Assembly: GCA_965116765.1 (NCBI GenBank)
Contig: OZ220718.1
Span: 1,909,384 to 1,973,383, forward strand
From: Vicinamibacterales bacterium
GTDB taxonomy: Bacteria; Acidobacteriota; Vicinamibacteria; Vicinamibacterales; UBA8438
Reading direction: 5' to 3'
DNA length: 64,000 bases
The translations under genes and the position numbers were made by a program. Every line of letters starts with the position of its first letter. Positions within the stretch are counted from its first letter, which is position 1. The notes below the pieces were generated by a model, which was not told the DNA's origin, ran no database searches, and saw only the letters and a program-made list of their open reading frames with translations. This document shows, in pieces, positions 1-9,654 of the stretch.

Positions 1-124
1 GCAGGGCCTCGCCGGCGAGGGCATCGCGGTGGACGAGGACGGCAACGTCTTCGTGGCCGAGGGGCCGGCGTCGCGCCCGTTCGCGGGCGGCGGCGTCACG
101 AAGTACAGCAAGGCCATGAACTGA
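1..124 (+). CDS. C-terminal end of a beta-propeller (NHL/SMP-30-like repeat) protein; 5' part lies outside the window
   Basis: Frame 2 reads QGLAGEGIAVDEDGNVFVAEGPASRPFAGGGVTKYSKAMN followed by TGA at 122-124. GIAVDxxGNVFVAE is a typical NHL-type blade motif. Third codon positions are almost all G/C. Confidence 0.5.
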   Translation, partial: QGLAGEGIAVDEDGNVFVAEGPASRPFAGGGVTKYSKAMN

Positions 125-545
125 TCGGCGCGGCAGCCACGCAGTCTGCACGACGTCCCCGCGAGGCATCTCGATGCCTCGCGGGGACACCCGCCCCCCG
201 TCGCTCCCCGGAAGCTGCTCCACGGAGGCCGGTCAGGCAACGCCGATGGGCCGGACGGAACGTCCATTGCCGCCCGTCACCGCCGGTAGCGCCACCGCCA
301 GCGCGATGGTCGACGCGCCCAGACCAGGACGGTCTGCGCCGTACCCGAATCCACTCGTCCGACGTGATCGGCTATCGTCTCGAACCGCCGCGTGAGCCTG
401 CGGATACCGGTCGCATCGCGGCCACGGCGCGATTCCCGTGGTCATCTCCCCGCAAACGGGCTACGCTGTGGAATCCAGGGAGCAGGACGGGTCGCGTCGG
501 CCGCGATGCGCCCTGCGCAAGTCATCAGGAAGCGCGGAGGGAACC

Positions 546-2075
546 ATGCTGAAGCGAATCGTCTCGTTCGTCGCCGTCGCGATGCTGGCGGCGGGGCCGG
601 CCGCGGCCCAGGACCCCATGGCGGCCCTGCTGGCCGCGATGGACACGATGGGCGTCACCGACATGACGTCCATCCGGTACACCGGCAGCGGCTGGGTCGG
701 CGCGGTGGGCCAGAACGCCTCGCCGGCCGAGGACTGGCCGCGCTTCGAGCTGGCGGAGTACGAGCGCACCATCGACTTCGAGACCAACTCGTCGACGGAG
801 AACATGGTCATCCGGCAGGGCGGCTACCCCGCCCGGGGCGGCGGCGGCGCGCCGATCCAGGGCGACCGCATCCGGAACCCGCGGGTCCGGGGCGAGTACG
901 CCTGGGACGCCCCCGGGGTCGATAGGGTGGTCCCGCAGCCCCAGCAGGCCGAGCGGCGCCTGCTCGAGATCTTCCTCACCCCGCACGGGTTCCTGCAGGG
1001 CGCCGCGGCCGGCGAACCGATCGCGATCCAGCGGAACGAGTACGGGCAGCGGGTGACGGTCGTCTCGTACATCGCCCTCGGCAAGTACCGCATCAACGGC
1101 ACCATCACCGAGGACAACGTCGTCGAGCGGGTCCAGACGTGGATGCCCAGCCCCGTCGTCGGCGACATGTACTACGAGACGGTGTACACGGACTACCGGG
1201 ACGTCGGGGGCGGGATGATGTTCCCCTTCAACTGGCACCAGCACCAGGACTACGACGACGGCGCCAACGAGCCCAACGTCAGCGGCGGCGACCACTCGTT
1301 CAGCCTCACCACCATCGACAGCGTCGAGGTGAACGTGGACGGCGCCGCGCTCACGGTTCCCGACATCGTGCGCACCGCCACCGTGCCGCCGATGCGCGTC
1401 GAGTCCGAAGAAGTGGCCGACGGCGTGTGGCTCATCGCCGGGGGATCGCACCACAGCGTGGCGGTGGAGTTCACCGACCACGTCGCGGTCATCGAGGCCC
1501 CGCTGAACGAGGCGCGGTCGCTCGCGGTGATCGACGAGGTGATGCGCCTCATGCCGGACAAGCCGATCCGGTTCATCGTGACCACGCACCACCACTGGGA
1601 CCACATCGGCGGCCTCCGCGCCTACGTGCACGAGGGGGCGACGGTCGTCACCCACTTCGGGAACCGCCCCTACTACCAGGAGGTGCTGCGGGCGGGGCTG
1701 TGGGTGCTCGAGCCCGACCGGCTCTCGCTGCATCCCCCCGAGGAGTGGTCCGAGGGCTACATCTTCGAGACGCTGCACGAGAAGTACATCCTCGGCGACT
1801 CGACGCGGCTCGTCGAGCTGCACCACGTCCAGGGCCTCGCCCACGCCGCGGGGATGCTGATCGCCTATCTCCCGGCCGACAAGATACTCGTCGAGGCCGA
1901 CCTCTACACGCCGCCGGGCCCCGGCCGGCCGCTGCCCGACGCGCCGAACGCCAGCGCCCGGGCCCTCCACCGCAACGTCGAGCGCCTGGGGCTCGACGTC
2001 GAGACCATCGTCCCCATCCACGGGGGCACGGGCTCGTGGGCCGAGTTCGAGGCGTTCGTGACCGGCGCCGAGTGA
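546..2075 (+). CDS. Exported metallo-beta-lactamase-fold hydrolase
   Basis: Part of ORF 438-2075. ATG 546 lies 4 nt after GGAGGG (536-541). Signal peptide MLKRIVSFVAVAMLAAGPAAAQ. HxHxDH-type motif THHHWDHIGG plus later His/Asp residues typical of the MBL fold. Confidence 0.85.
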   Translation: MLKRIVSFVAVAMLAAGPAAAQDPMAALLAAMDTMGVTDMTSIRYTGSGWVGAVGQNASPAEDWPRFELAEYERTIDFETNSSTENMVIRQGGYPARGGGGAPIQGDRIRNPRVRGEYAWDAPGVDRVVPQPQQAERRLLEIFLTPHGFLQGAAAGEPIAIQRNEYGQRVTVVSYIALGKYRINGTITEDNVVERVQTWMPSPVVGDMYYETVYTDYRDVGGGMMFPFNWHQHQDYDDGANEPNVSGGDHSFSLTTIDSVEVNVDGAALTVPDIVRTATVPPMRVESEEVADGVWLIAGGSHHSVAVEFTDHVAVIEAPLNEARSLAVIDEVMRLMPDKPIRFIVTTHHHWDHIGGLRAYVHEGATVVTHFGNRPYYQEVLRAGLWVLEPDRLSLHPPEEWSEGYIFETLHEKYILGDSTRLVELHHVQGLAHAAGMLIAYLPADKILVEADLYTPPGPGRPLPDAPNASARALHRNVERLGLDVETIVPIHGGTGSWAEFEAFVTGAE

Positions 2076-2091
2076 CGCCCGCTATCGCACA

Positions 2092-2135
2092 CGGCCGCGG
2101 TGCGACGGGGACGCCCTCCCCGCGCACCGCGGCCG
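2092..2135. terminator. GC-rich hairpin between convergent genes (candidate bidirectional terminator)
   Basis: Perfect 13-bp inverted repeat CGGCCGCGGTGCG (2092-2104) / CGCACCGCGGCCG (2123-2135). The loop contains a nested GGGG/CCCC pair. There is no U-tract, so the call is tentative. Confidence 0.45.
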
Positions 2136-2145
2136 GTGCGACGCA

Positions 2146-3039
2146 CTAACGGCGCCGTTCGTACTCTCGCCGCAGCTCCGGCGAGAGCGGGTAGACGTCG
2201 CGGAAGCGGTGCTCGCCCGAGTGCAGGAGCTCGCGCTCGTGCTCCTCGAGCGCCGCCTGCTCCTCCGCCGCCCGCAGCACGTCGCCGACGAGGTGCGGCG
2301 GAAAGAACAGCACGCCCGTCTCGTCGGCGACGACGACGTCGCCGGGCAGCACCGTCGCCGTCCCGATGCGCACCGGCGCGTTCCACTCGGCGCCGAGCCA
2401 GCTCGTCGTCGTCACGTCGAAGAAGCGCGCGAAGACCGGGAAGTCCGCGAACGCCTCCCCCACCAGCTCCGCGAGATCGCGGCTGCCGCCGTCGATGACC
2501 ACCCCGGCCGCCCCCCGCAGCTTGATGCCGAGCGCCCCCATGCCCCCGAACAGCACGTGGCCGTCGGCGCCGCCGAGCTCGGCCACGATCACGTCCCCCG
2601 GCCGCGCCTCCTCCGACGCCCGCGCGTAGTAGCGGCGGTCCCAGTCGCCCTCCGCCGCGAGCCGGTCGACAGCCTCGACGAAGTCCGGGCGCGGGGGCAG
2701 GAAGCGCATGGTCAGCGCCCGGCCCGCCACGCGACGCCCCGGCTGCGTCGACCGGAACCCGCGCACGTAGTTCCGCCGGTAGTCGCCGAGCGAGCGCCAG
2801 ATGTCCTCGAGCTGCATCTCCGCGAGCCGCGCGAGGTCCGCGTCGCTGACGTCCACTTCCTCCCGCGTGGAGCGGATGACGTCCATGATCGCGCTGTAGG
2901 ACGAGCGGTTCGCCCGGAAGCCGTCCGGCGGCGCCACGTCACCGTCGTCGCCGTGGGAAACGGGTTCCTGGGCCATCGCGGTCCCACCCGCGAGCACGGC
3001 GCCCAAGAGTCCGAGGCAGAGGCTGATCCGTTTCGTCAT
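2146..3039 (-). CDS. Exported RraA-family protein (RraA / 4-hydroxy-4-methyl-2-oxoglutarate aldolase-like)
   Basis: 297-aa ORF with RBS GAGGAGG before the ATG and signal peptide MTKRISLCLGLLGAVLAGGTAMAQ. RraA-like core PGDVIVAELGG...GGMGALGIKLRGAAGVVIDGGSRD...PVRIGTATVLPGDVVVADETGVLFFP. Confidence 0.75.
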   Translation of the reverse strand: MTKRISLCLGLLGAVLAGGTAMAQEPVSHGDDGDVAPPDGFRANRSSYSAIMDVIRSTREEVDVSDADLARLAEMQLEDIWRSLGDYRRNYVRGFRSTQPGRRVAGRALTMRFLPPRPDFVEAVDRLAAEGDWDRRYYARASEEARPGDVIVAELGGADGHVLFGGMGALGIKLRGAAGVVIDGGSRDLAELVGEAFADFPVFARFFDVTTTSWLGAEWNAPVRIGTATVLPGDVVVADETGVLFFPPHLVGDVLRAAEEQAALEEHERELLHSGEHRFRDVYPLSPELRREYERRR

Positions 3040-3228
3040 GATTCCTCCTCACTGGAGCGTTGCGGAGTCCACCGCTGGCACTCCGCCGGGCCAGCTCCCA
3101 GCGGAGGACGAATACCGGCGATTGCGCGCGTGCCCCCGGGACAACGGCGGCCACCGTTGCCGAAGACCATCGAAGACCGGCCTTTGGGCGGAAGCGTCCC
3201 GGGAGGAGTCTCGCGCGCGACAGCCTGT

Positions 3229-4977
3229 TCACGGTTCTCCAGCGTGCCACGCCGTCGACGTGCCGGCCGGGGCGTTGCGGGCCACGTGGTCGGCCATCCG
3301 GCGCACGAGGTCGGCGTTGGTGAAGGGCGACCACAGATGTCCCTTCATGGGGCGGCCGTGGACGAACTCGCCGCCGTAATGCGGATCGCTCGTGCCCTCG
3401 AGGAACTCCTCCAGCAGGTAGACCGCGTAGCTCAGGTAGAACTGGTCCATCTCGGGGTTGTAGACGTGGATCTTCCCGACGAGGTCGGGGCCGATGCGGG
3501 ACCAGTTCTCCTCGAGGTAGTGGCGCAGGTCGTAGCCGTTGTCGCGCATGAAGTGCGCCGCCTCGCGGTCGATGACCCCGGTCTCGAGGTCCCATAGCCG
3601 CCGCGGGTAGCCGTCGTCGCCGACGGGGCCCCAGGCCGCGTTCCACGCGTCGATCTGCCCGCCCGAGCGGCCGCGCGAGCCCTGGGCCCGCTCGAGCCGG
3701 CTGAGCTGGCGGACGCTGCCCACCGGCTGCCCCTCGATCGTGCGCTGGAACATCCGCTCCGGCGCGCCGGGCACGGCACCCGGAACCAGGAACGCGTTCT
3801 CGTCCGAGTAGATGTCGACCAGCTGGTAGCGCCGGAAGTCGACGGAATCGGGGTAGAAGGTCCAGGTCCCCCCGTAGAACGTCGGGTGGCGGACCTGCCA
3901 GGCGAGCGCGATCCAGCCCCCGGTGGAGCCGCCGGTGATCACGCGGGCCCAGGGCTCGCCGATCATCCGGAAGCTCTCTTCCAGGTACGGGATGAGCTCC
4001 TGGTGGATGGCGTCGCCGTAGGGGCCGTTGTTGGCCGAGTTGACGCCGTAGGAATCGTCGAAGAAGGGCGTGGGGTGCTGAATCGTCACCGCGATCACGC
4101 GCGGGAAGTCGTCGCCGGTCCACGCGCGCTGGAAGTCGTAGCCCGACTCGCGCATCCCGCCCGCGTCGCGCAGCATCCACGCGAAGAGCCCCGGCTCGCC
4201 CGAGGGCGGCTCGGTCGTGAAGCCGAAGGCGGGCTCGAGCCGGAAGTGGTCGGCCTCGAAGACCACGGGGTAGCGCAGCCCGGGGTCCTCGTCGTACCCC
4301 CTCGGCAGCAGGACGACGGCGCCCAGGTACATGGGGCGCCCCCACCACTCGCTGAGGATGCGGCTCCGGATCTTCACGCGCCTGACCCACTCGGTGTCCG
4401 GCGGCACCTCGACCGGGGGAATCACGTCCACGAGCTCCAGGCGGACGGGCGACGCCGACGCCGGGTCCACGCGCACGCGCCGCGGAGCGCTGACGAGGTT
4501 GCCCGGCGAGAAGGCCCAGCGCTGGCCCTCCCACCGGTCCTGGGGGGCCCAGACGACGTGGCCGTCCTGCCGCCGGAACTCCGTGTAGACGTGGAGCAGC
4601 GCCTGCACCCAGTAGTCGCCCGCCGGCAGCTCGCCCAGGCGCGCGTAGGGGTAGCCGTCGGCGCCGGCGTCGATGACCATCGCCTCCCCCGGCTCGACGC
4701 CCTCCACGTCGGCCGCGAAGAACGGTACCCGGCCGTCGCGCTGCCGCGCCGAGTTGTAGGCGGCGATGCGCGGCTCGGGCTCCGCGGTGGGCGCCAGGGC
4801 CAGGAAGAGGCGGCCGGTCAGCGGGCCGTCGTGGAGATCGGCTGAGTAGCCGACCTCCACGCGGAGACGCGCCGGCGCGTCCACGGTGGTCTGGCCGCGC
4901 GCAACGGAAGAGCAGGCGGTCACGATCAAGGCCAGTGCGGCGGCCAGGCGGCGAACCACGGTCGGCGACGAACGCAT
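3229..4977 (-). CDS. Lipoprotein, alpha/beta-hydrolase 'putative esterase' family
   Basis: 582-aa ORF with a lipobox-like N-terminus (LALIVTAC). C-terminal hydrolase region has a nucleophile elbow in ITGGSTGGWIALAW. Plausible composition and high GC3. Confidence 0.75.
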   Translation of the reverse strand: MRSSPTVVRRLAAALALIVTACSSVARGQTTVDAPARLRVEVGYSADLHDGPLTGRLFLALAPTAEPEPRIAAYNSARQRDGRVPFFAADVEGVEPGEAMVIDAGADGYPYARLGELPAGDYWVQALLHVYTEFRRQDGHVVWAPQDRWEGQRWAFSPGNLVSAPRRVRVDPASASPVRLELVDVIPPVEVPPDTEWVRRVKIRSRILSEWWGRPMYLGAVVLLPRGYDEDPGLRYPVVFEADHFRLEPAFGFTTEPPSGEPGLFAWMLRDAGGMRESGYDFQRAWTGDDFPRVIAVTIQHPTPFFDDSYGVNSANNGPYGDAIHQELIPYLEESFRMIGEPWARVITGGSTGGWIALAWQVRHPTFYGGTWTFYPDSVDFRRYQLVDIYSDENAFLVPGAVPGAPERMFQRTIEGQPVGSVRQLSRLERAQGSRGRSGGQIDAWNAAWGPVGDDGYPRRLWDLETGVIDREAAHFMRDNGYDLRHYLEENWSRIGPDLVGKIHVYNPEMDQFYLSYAVYLLEEFLEGTSDPHYGGEFVHGRPMKGHLWSPFTNADLVRRMADHVARNAPAGTSTAWHAGEP

Positions 4978-5303
4978 GAACTGTCCCCCCTCGCAGCCGG
5001 CGGCGAGAGCACCGCTGCATCAACTGGAGCGGCGGCCCCACCAGGCCGCGCCGCTCTCCGGTCGAGACGTCCGATTCTCCCTGGCCGGCTTCGTCGGGCG
5101 GGCCTTGGCGGTCCGCCGGCGCCCTCCGGGCGTGGCCCACCGGGCGACTGCAGCCACGGGCTTCCTGCCGGGGCGCGCGCCACCACGAGCCGGGGCGGGT
5201 GAGTGGCCCTCCGTCGCCGCGCCACATCGGCGGTGCCACTTGGCCTCCCGGTCACATACACTGTAAGCCATCGACGTGGACCCGGTTGCCCAAGGAGGTC
5301 GAC

Positions 5304-7466
5304 ATGCGCGTGACATCGCGGAGCGGATACCCGGGAGCCCTGCTCCTGGCTGGCGGCGTGCTGTTGCTGACCGCCCCCGGCGCGGCGGCGGCGGACGAGG
5401 ACATCGGCGGCGTCGTGCGGGGCCCCGCCGGCGGCGAGGCCGGGGTCTGGGTCATCGCCGAGACCGGCGACCTCGAGACCACGTTCCGGAAGATCGTCGT
5501 CACCGGCGACGACGGCCGCTTCCTCGTGCCCGACCTGCCGGAGGCCGACTACGAGCTGTGGGTGCGCGGCTACGGCCTCGTCGACTCCGGGAAGCAGGCG
5601 GCGCGCCCCGGCGACGACGTGACCCTGACGGTGACGGCGGCGGCCACCCCGCAGGAGGCAGCCCGCATCTACCCCGCCAACTATTGGTACTCGCTGCTCG
5701 AGGTGCCTGCCGCGAGCGAGTTCCCGGGCACCGGCCCGAACGGCAACGGCATCGGCCGGGCCATGCGGCACCAGGCCGAGTGGGTCGACCGGCTCAAGGA
5801 CGGCTGCCAGCTCTGCCACCAGATGGGCAACGTGGCGACCCGCGAGATGCCCATGCTGGACATCGACGACTTCGACTCGACCCTCGACGCCTGGGACCAC
5901 CGCGTGCAGGTGGGGCGGAGCGGCCCGAGCATGAACGCGGGGCTCAACCGGATGGGCCGCGAGCGCGCGCTGGGCCTGTTCGCCGACTGGACCGACCGCA
6001 TCGCGGCCGGCGAGGTCCCGCCCGCGCCCCCGCGGCCGCAGGGCCAGGAGCGCAACCTCGTCCTGACCATGTGGGGCTGGGGCGACCCCATCGCGATGGT
6101 CCACGACGAGATCGCCACCGACAAGCGCAACCCCCATCTCTACGCCAACGGCCCCGTGTACGGCGTCGGCGGGGCCGGGCTCGTCATCACCGACCCTGTG
6201 ACCCATCGCTCGGTGCGGATGGACATGACGACCCGCGTCCCCATGGAGCAGCGCGGCGACTCCTACGCCGGCACCGCCGCCCGCATCCCCTCGCCGTACT
6301 GGGGCGACGAGCGCTCGACGGCGCGGGGCTACAGCGCCCACAACCCGATGCTCGACGACAAGGGCCGGCTCTGGATCACCCAGCTCATCCGCCCGTCCGA
6401 CAACCCCGACTGGTGCAAGGCGGGCTCCGACCATCCGTCGGCGCGGCACTTCCCCATCGACCGCAGCCAGCGGCAGCTCTCGTACTACGACGTCGAGAGC
6501 GGCGAGTTCGTGCACGTCGACACCTGCTACATGACCCATCACCTGCAGTTCGCCGAGGACGACGACGACACCCTCTGGCTGAGCGGCTCGACCGACGTCG
6601 TCGGCTGGCTCAACACCCGGCTCTACGACGAGACCGGCGACGAGCAGGCGGCGCAGGGCTGGTGCCCGACCATCGTCGACACCAGCGGCGACGGCGTCAT
6701 CGGCGCCTACACCGAGCCCGGCGAGCCGCTCGACCCCGCGAAGGACATGCGCATCGACGGGTTCGCCTACGGCATCATCCCCAACCCCGTCGACGGCTCG
6801 ATCTGGATCGCGCGGCGCCTGCCCGTGCCGGGCAACATCGTCCGCCTCGAGCTGGGCGACAACCCGCCCGAGACGTGCATCGCCGAGGTCTACGAGCCGC
6901 CGTTCGAGAACCCCGACGTCGACCCGGGCCAGTGGGGCCACGGCGGCCGCGGCATCGACGTCGACCGCAACGGCGTCCTCTGGACCGCGCTCGGCGGCAG
7001 CGGCCACCTCGCGAGCTTCGACCGCAGCAAGTGCGCGGTGCTGAACGGCCCCACCGCCACCGGGCAGCACTGCCCCGAGGGGTGGACGCTGTACGCCACC
7101 CCCGGCCCCCAGATGAAGGGGGTGGAGGCGGCGGGCAGCGCCGACTTCCACTACTACAACTGGGTCGACCAGTTCGACACGCTGGGGCTGGGCGAGAACG
7201 TGCCCATCGCGAACGGCACCAGCTCGGACGCCCTGCTCGCGCTGCTGCCCGACACCGGCGAGTGGGTCACCCTGCGGGTGCCGTATCCCCTCGGCTTCTA
7301 CACCCGGGGCCTCGACGGCCGCATCGACGACGCCGACGCGGGCTGGAAAGGCCGCGGCGTGTGGGCGAGCTACGACTCGGTGACGAACTGGCACCAGGAG
7401 GGCGGCAAGGGGATGACGAGCGAGATCGTGCGTTTCCAGGTCCGCCCGCATCCGCTCGCGGAGTAG
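5304..7466 (+). CDS. Exported protein: CarboxypepD_reg-like N-domain, single CXXCH haem motif, lyase/propeller-like repeats
   Basis: ATG 5304 follows AAGGAGG (5292-5298). Signal peptide ...LLLTAPGAAAA. GVVRGPAGGEAGVWVIAE...DGRFLVPDLPEADYELWVRGYG resembles the carboxypeptidase regulatory-like fold. CQLCH is a c-type haem-binding motif. The remainder is repeat-like (DGSIWIA, NGVLWTA). Confidence 0.75.
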   Translation: MRVTSRSGYPGALLLAGGVLLLTAPGAAAADEDIGGVVRGPAGGEAGVWVIAETGDLETTFRKIVVTGDDGRFLVPDLPEADYELWVRGYGLVDSGKQAARPGDDVTLTVTAAATPQEAARIYPANYWYSLLEVPAASEFPGTGPNGNGIGRAMRHQAEWVDRLKDGCQLCHQMGNVATREMPMLDIDDFDSTLDAWDHRVQVGRSGPSMNAGLNRMGRERALGLFADWTDRIAAGEVPPAPPRPQGQERNLVLTMWGWGDPIAMVHDEIATDKRNPHLYANGPVYGVGGAGLVITDPVTHRSVRMDMTTRVPMEQRGDSYAGTAARIPSPYWGDERSTARGYSAHNPMLDDKGRLWITQLIRPSDNPDWCKAGSDHPSARHFPIDRSQRQLSYYDVESGEFVHVDTCYMTHHLQFAEDDDDTLWLSGSTDVVGWLNTRLYDETGDEQAAQGWCPTIVDTSGDGVIGAYTEPGEPLDPAKDMRIDGFAYGIIPNPVDGSIWIARRLPVPGNIVRLELGDNPPETCIAEVYEPPFENPDVDPGQWGHGGRGIDVDRNGVLWTALGGSGHLASFDRSKCAVLNGPTATGQHCPEGWTLYATPGPQMKGVEAAGSADFHYYNWVDQFDTLGLGENVPIANGTSSDALLALLPDTGEWVTLRVPYPLGFYTRGLDGRIDDADAGWKGRGVWASYDSVTNWHQEGGKGMTSEIVRFQVRPHPLAE

Positions 7467-7487
7467 TCCCGGCGGAACGGGAACGAG

Positions 7488-7520
7488 GCGATGCCGCGCC
7501 CGCACGGGCCGTGGCATCGC
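7488..7520 (+). terminator. Hairpin downstream of the 5304-7466 gene (candidate terminator)
   Basis: GCGATGCC (7488-7495) pairs with GGCATCGC (7513-7520), with an inner GCCCG/CGGGC pair. It lies 22 nt after the TAG and has no U-tract. Confidence 0.35.
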
Positions 7521-7547
7521 CCGTCGCCCGCACCGGGCACGAAATCC

Positions 7548-7835
7548 GTGACGCGCCGTGCCAGCATTCGGGACGGTGGCGACTTGGACAAACCTCGCCG
7601 TCACTTCCCGGCCGGTAACGTGGACACGCTGAAGACGCTCGCGCGACGCCAAGGCCGTTCAATGGAGCAGGAGGGGCACGAGTTGCTGGACGCGTACACC
7701 GCCGAGCGACAGTCGGTGCTCTCGCAGATCGAGGAGGGCTGGGCGGCGCAGACGCGGCGGCCGACGTCCGAGGAGATCGATCGCTGGATGGAGATCGGCC
7801 GGTCGAGAGGGCCGTCGCCGATACCGAAGTCGGAG
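7548..7835 (+). pseudogene. Ribbon-helix-helix antitoxin-like (FitA/VapB/Arc-type) ORF with no stop codon of its own, reading through into the PQQ dehydrogenase gene
   Basis: In frame with ORF 7491-9653. From GTG 7548 it reads VTRRASIRDGGDLDKPRRHFPAGNVDTLKTLARRQGRSMEQEGHELLDAY...TSEEIDRWMEIGRSRG. The xxLKxxAxxxGRSxExE pattern matches RHH antitoxins. There is no cognate toxin gene and no in-frame stop before the dehydrogenase signal peptide. Confidence 0.4.
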
Positions 7836-7841
7836 ATGACC

Positions 7842-9653
7842 ATGCCGAACCGACCCCTGACGTTCGCGTACCTGCTCTTGGCCCTTGCGGCCCTCACCGT
7901 CGCGCTCCCCGCACCTGCGCAGGAGGGCACGACCGTCACCCGCGAGGCGCGGCCGTTCACGCCCGTCACCGACGAGACGCTGCGCGACCCCGACCCCGGC
8001 GACTGGCTGATGACCCACCGCACCTACGACTTCCAGGCCTACAGCCCGCTCGACCAGATAAACCGCGACAACGTCGATCAGCTGCAGGTGGCGTGGATGC
8101 GGGCGATGGACGAGGGGCCGCAGCAGACCCAGCCCCTCGTCTACGACGGCGTGATGTACCTCGCGCACAACGACGACCACATCCAGGCCCTCGACGCCAC
8201 CACCGGCGACATGCTCTGGGACTATCGCCGCGAGACCCCGGCGGACCTGCGCCAGTACGTCACCCTCGGCAACCGCACCCGGAACCTCGCCATCTACGGC
8301 AACCACATCTATCACCTGACCGCCGACGCGCACCTCCTCGCCCTCGACGCGAGCACCGGCGAGGTCGCCTTCGACACCGAGATGGCCGACTACCGCGACG
8401 GCATCACCCACTCGACCGGCGCGATGATCATCGACGGCCGGGTCCTCGCCGGCCGCACCTGCAGCCCCCGCAGCCGCGAGGCCCGCTGCTTCATCTCGGC
8501 CCACGACTCGGAGAACGGGGCCGAGCTGTGGCGCGTCTACACCGCCGCCGGCTCCGACGACCCCGGCGGCGAGAGCTGGGGCGACCTGCCCGTGTCCGAG
8601 CGCGTCCACGTGTCGCCGTGGGGCGCCCCCGGCAGCTACGACCCCGAGCTCGGGCTCATCTACTGGGGCATCGCCGTCCCCCTGCCCTACCCGCGCATCG
8701 TGCGCCGCGGCACGTGGGACGTCGGCGACAGCACCCCGTGCGAGCTGTACTCCAACTCGACGGTGGCCCTCGCCGTCGGCGACGGCGCCATGGAGTGGTA
8801 CTACCAGCACCTGCCCTGCGACGACTGGGACCAGGACTTCGTGCAGGAGCGCACCCTCATCGACACCGTAATCGACCCCGACCCCGAGGCGGCGATGTGG
8901 GTCAACCCCAACCTCGCCGGCACCGCCGAGGAGCGCCAGGTCGTCGTCACCATGGGCGAGCCCGGCGGCCTCTTCGTCCTCGACCGCGCCACCGGCGAGT
9001 TCCTGTGGGGCCACCCCGTGCCCTACGACAGCACCGAGCGCTTCGTCATCAGCGACATCGACCCCGCGACCGGGCAGGTCTTCATCAACATGGACCTCGT
9101 GGCCCGCGAGCTCGGCCAGCAGTTCATCATCTGCGGCCACAACGTGAAGGGCTGGTGGTCGTGGTCGTACAGCCCGCTGACCGGGATGCTCTACGTCCCC
9201 ATCAACCGCTCGTGCCTCAACCAGACCACCAACGAGCGCTCCGTCTCGGGCGCGAGCCCGCGGTTCACCCAGCCCGAGCCCGGCTTCGAGGTCGACGGCC
9301 ACCTCACCGAGGTGCGGGCCATCGACATCTCCACCGGCCGCGAGGCGTGGCGCTACACCCAGCGAGCCCCCAACGCCGGCTCGACCCTCGCCACCGCCGG
9401 CAACGTCGTCTTCCACGGCGACCTCAACCGCCGCTACCGCGCCTTCGACGCCGAGACCGGCGACGTCCTGTGGGAGACCATCCTCGGCAGCCAGATCACC
9501 GGCTTCCCCGTCACCTACACCGCGGGCGGCCGGCAGTACCTGACGGTGCCGGTGGGCGGTGCGTCGATCTTCCAGCTGAGCAACTACGCCTCCGAGCTGG
9601 AGGCGCCGATGGGCAGCAACATGATCGTCACCTTCGCCCTGCCGGAGGAGTGA
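7842..9653 (+). CDS. Exported PQQ-dependent dehydrogenase (quinoprotein, 8-bladed propeller), paralog 1
   Basis: Signal peptide MPNRPLTFAYLLLALAALTVALPAPAQ. Quinoprotein N-terminal hallmark DWLMTHRTYDFQAYSPLDQIN. Repeated W-motif blades (MLWDY, ELWRV, EWYYQH, FLWGH, VLWE). GGAG lies 6 nt before ATG 7842. ATG 7836 is an alternative start. Confidence 0.85.
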   Translation: MPNRPLTFAYLLLALAALTVALPAPAQEGTTVTREARPFTPVTDETLRDPDPGDWLMTHRTYDFQAYSPLDQINRDNVDQLQVAWMRAMDEGPQQTQPLVYDGVMYLAHNDDHIQALDATTGDMLWDYRRETPADLRQYVTLGNRTRNLAIYGNHIYHLTADAHLLALDASTGEVAFDTEMADYRDGITHSTGAMIIDGRVLAGRTCSPRSREARCFISAHDSENGAELWRVYTAAGSDDPGGESWGDLPVSERVHVSPWGAPGSYDPELGLIYWGIAVPLPYPRIVRRGTWDVGDSTPCELYSNSTVALAVGDGAMEWYYQHLPCDDWDQDFVQERTLIDTVIDPDPEAAMWVNPNLAGTAEERQVVVTMGEPGGLFVLDRATGEFLWGHPVPYDSTERFVISDIDPATGQVFINMDLVARELGQQFIICGHNVKGWWSWSYSPLTGMLYVPINRSCLNQTTNERSVSGASPRFTQPEPGFEVDGHLTEVRAIDISTGREAWRYTQRAPNAGSTLATAGNVVFHGDLNRRYRAFDAETGDVLWETILGSQITGFPVTYTAGGRQYLTVPVGGASIFQLSNYASELEAPMGSNMIVTFALPEE

Positions 9654-9654
9654 C

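Noticed and set aside
2100-2498. 132-aa ORF rich in Arg/Ala/Pro (runs of RRRRRR)
   Set aside because: It is a frame-shifted read over the RraA-like gene region. The low-complexity composition is not credible as a protein.
4926-7652. 908-aa minus-strand ORF
   Set aside because: It lies antisense to the motif-bearing 5304-7466 gene. Its composition is dominated by Arg, Ala, Gly, Val and Pro, and no family motif is present.
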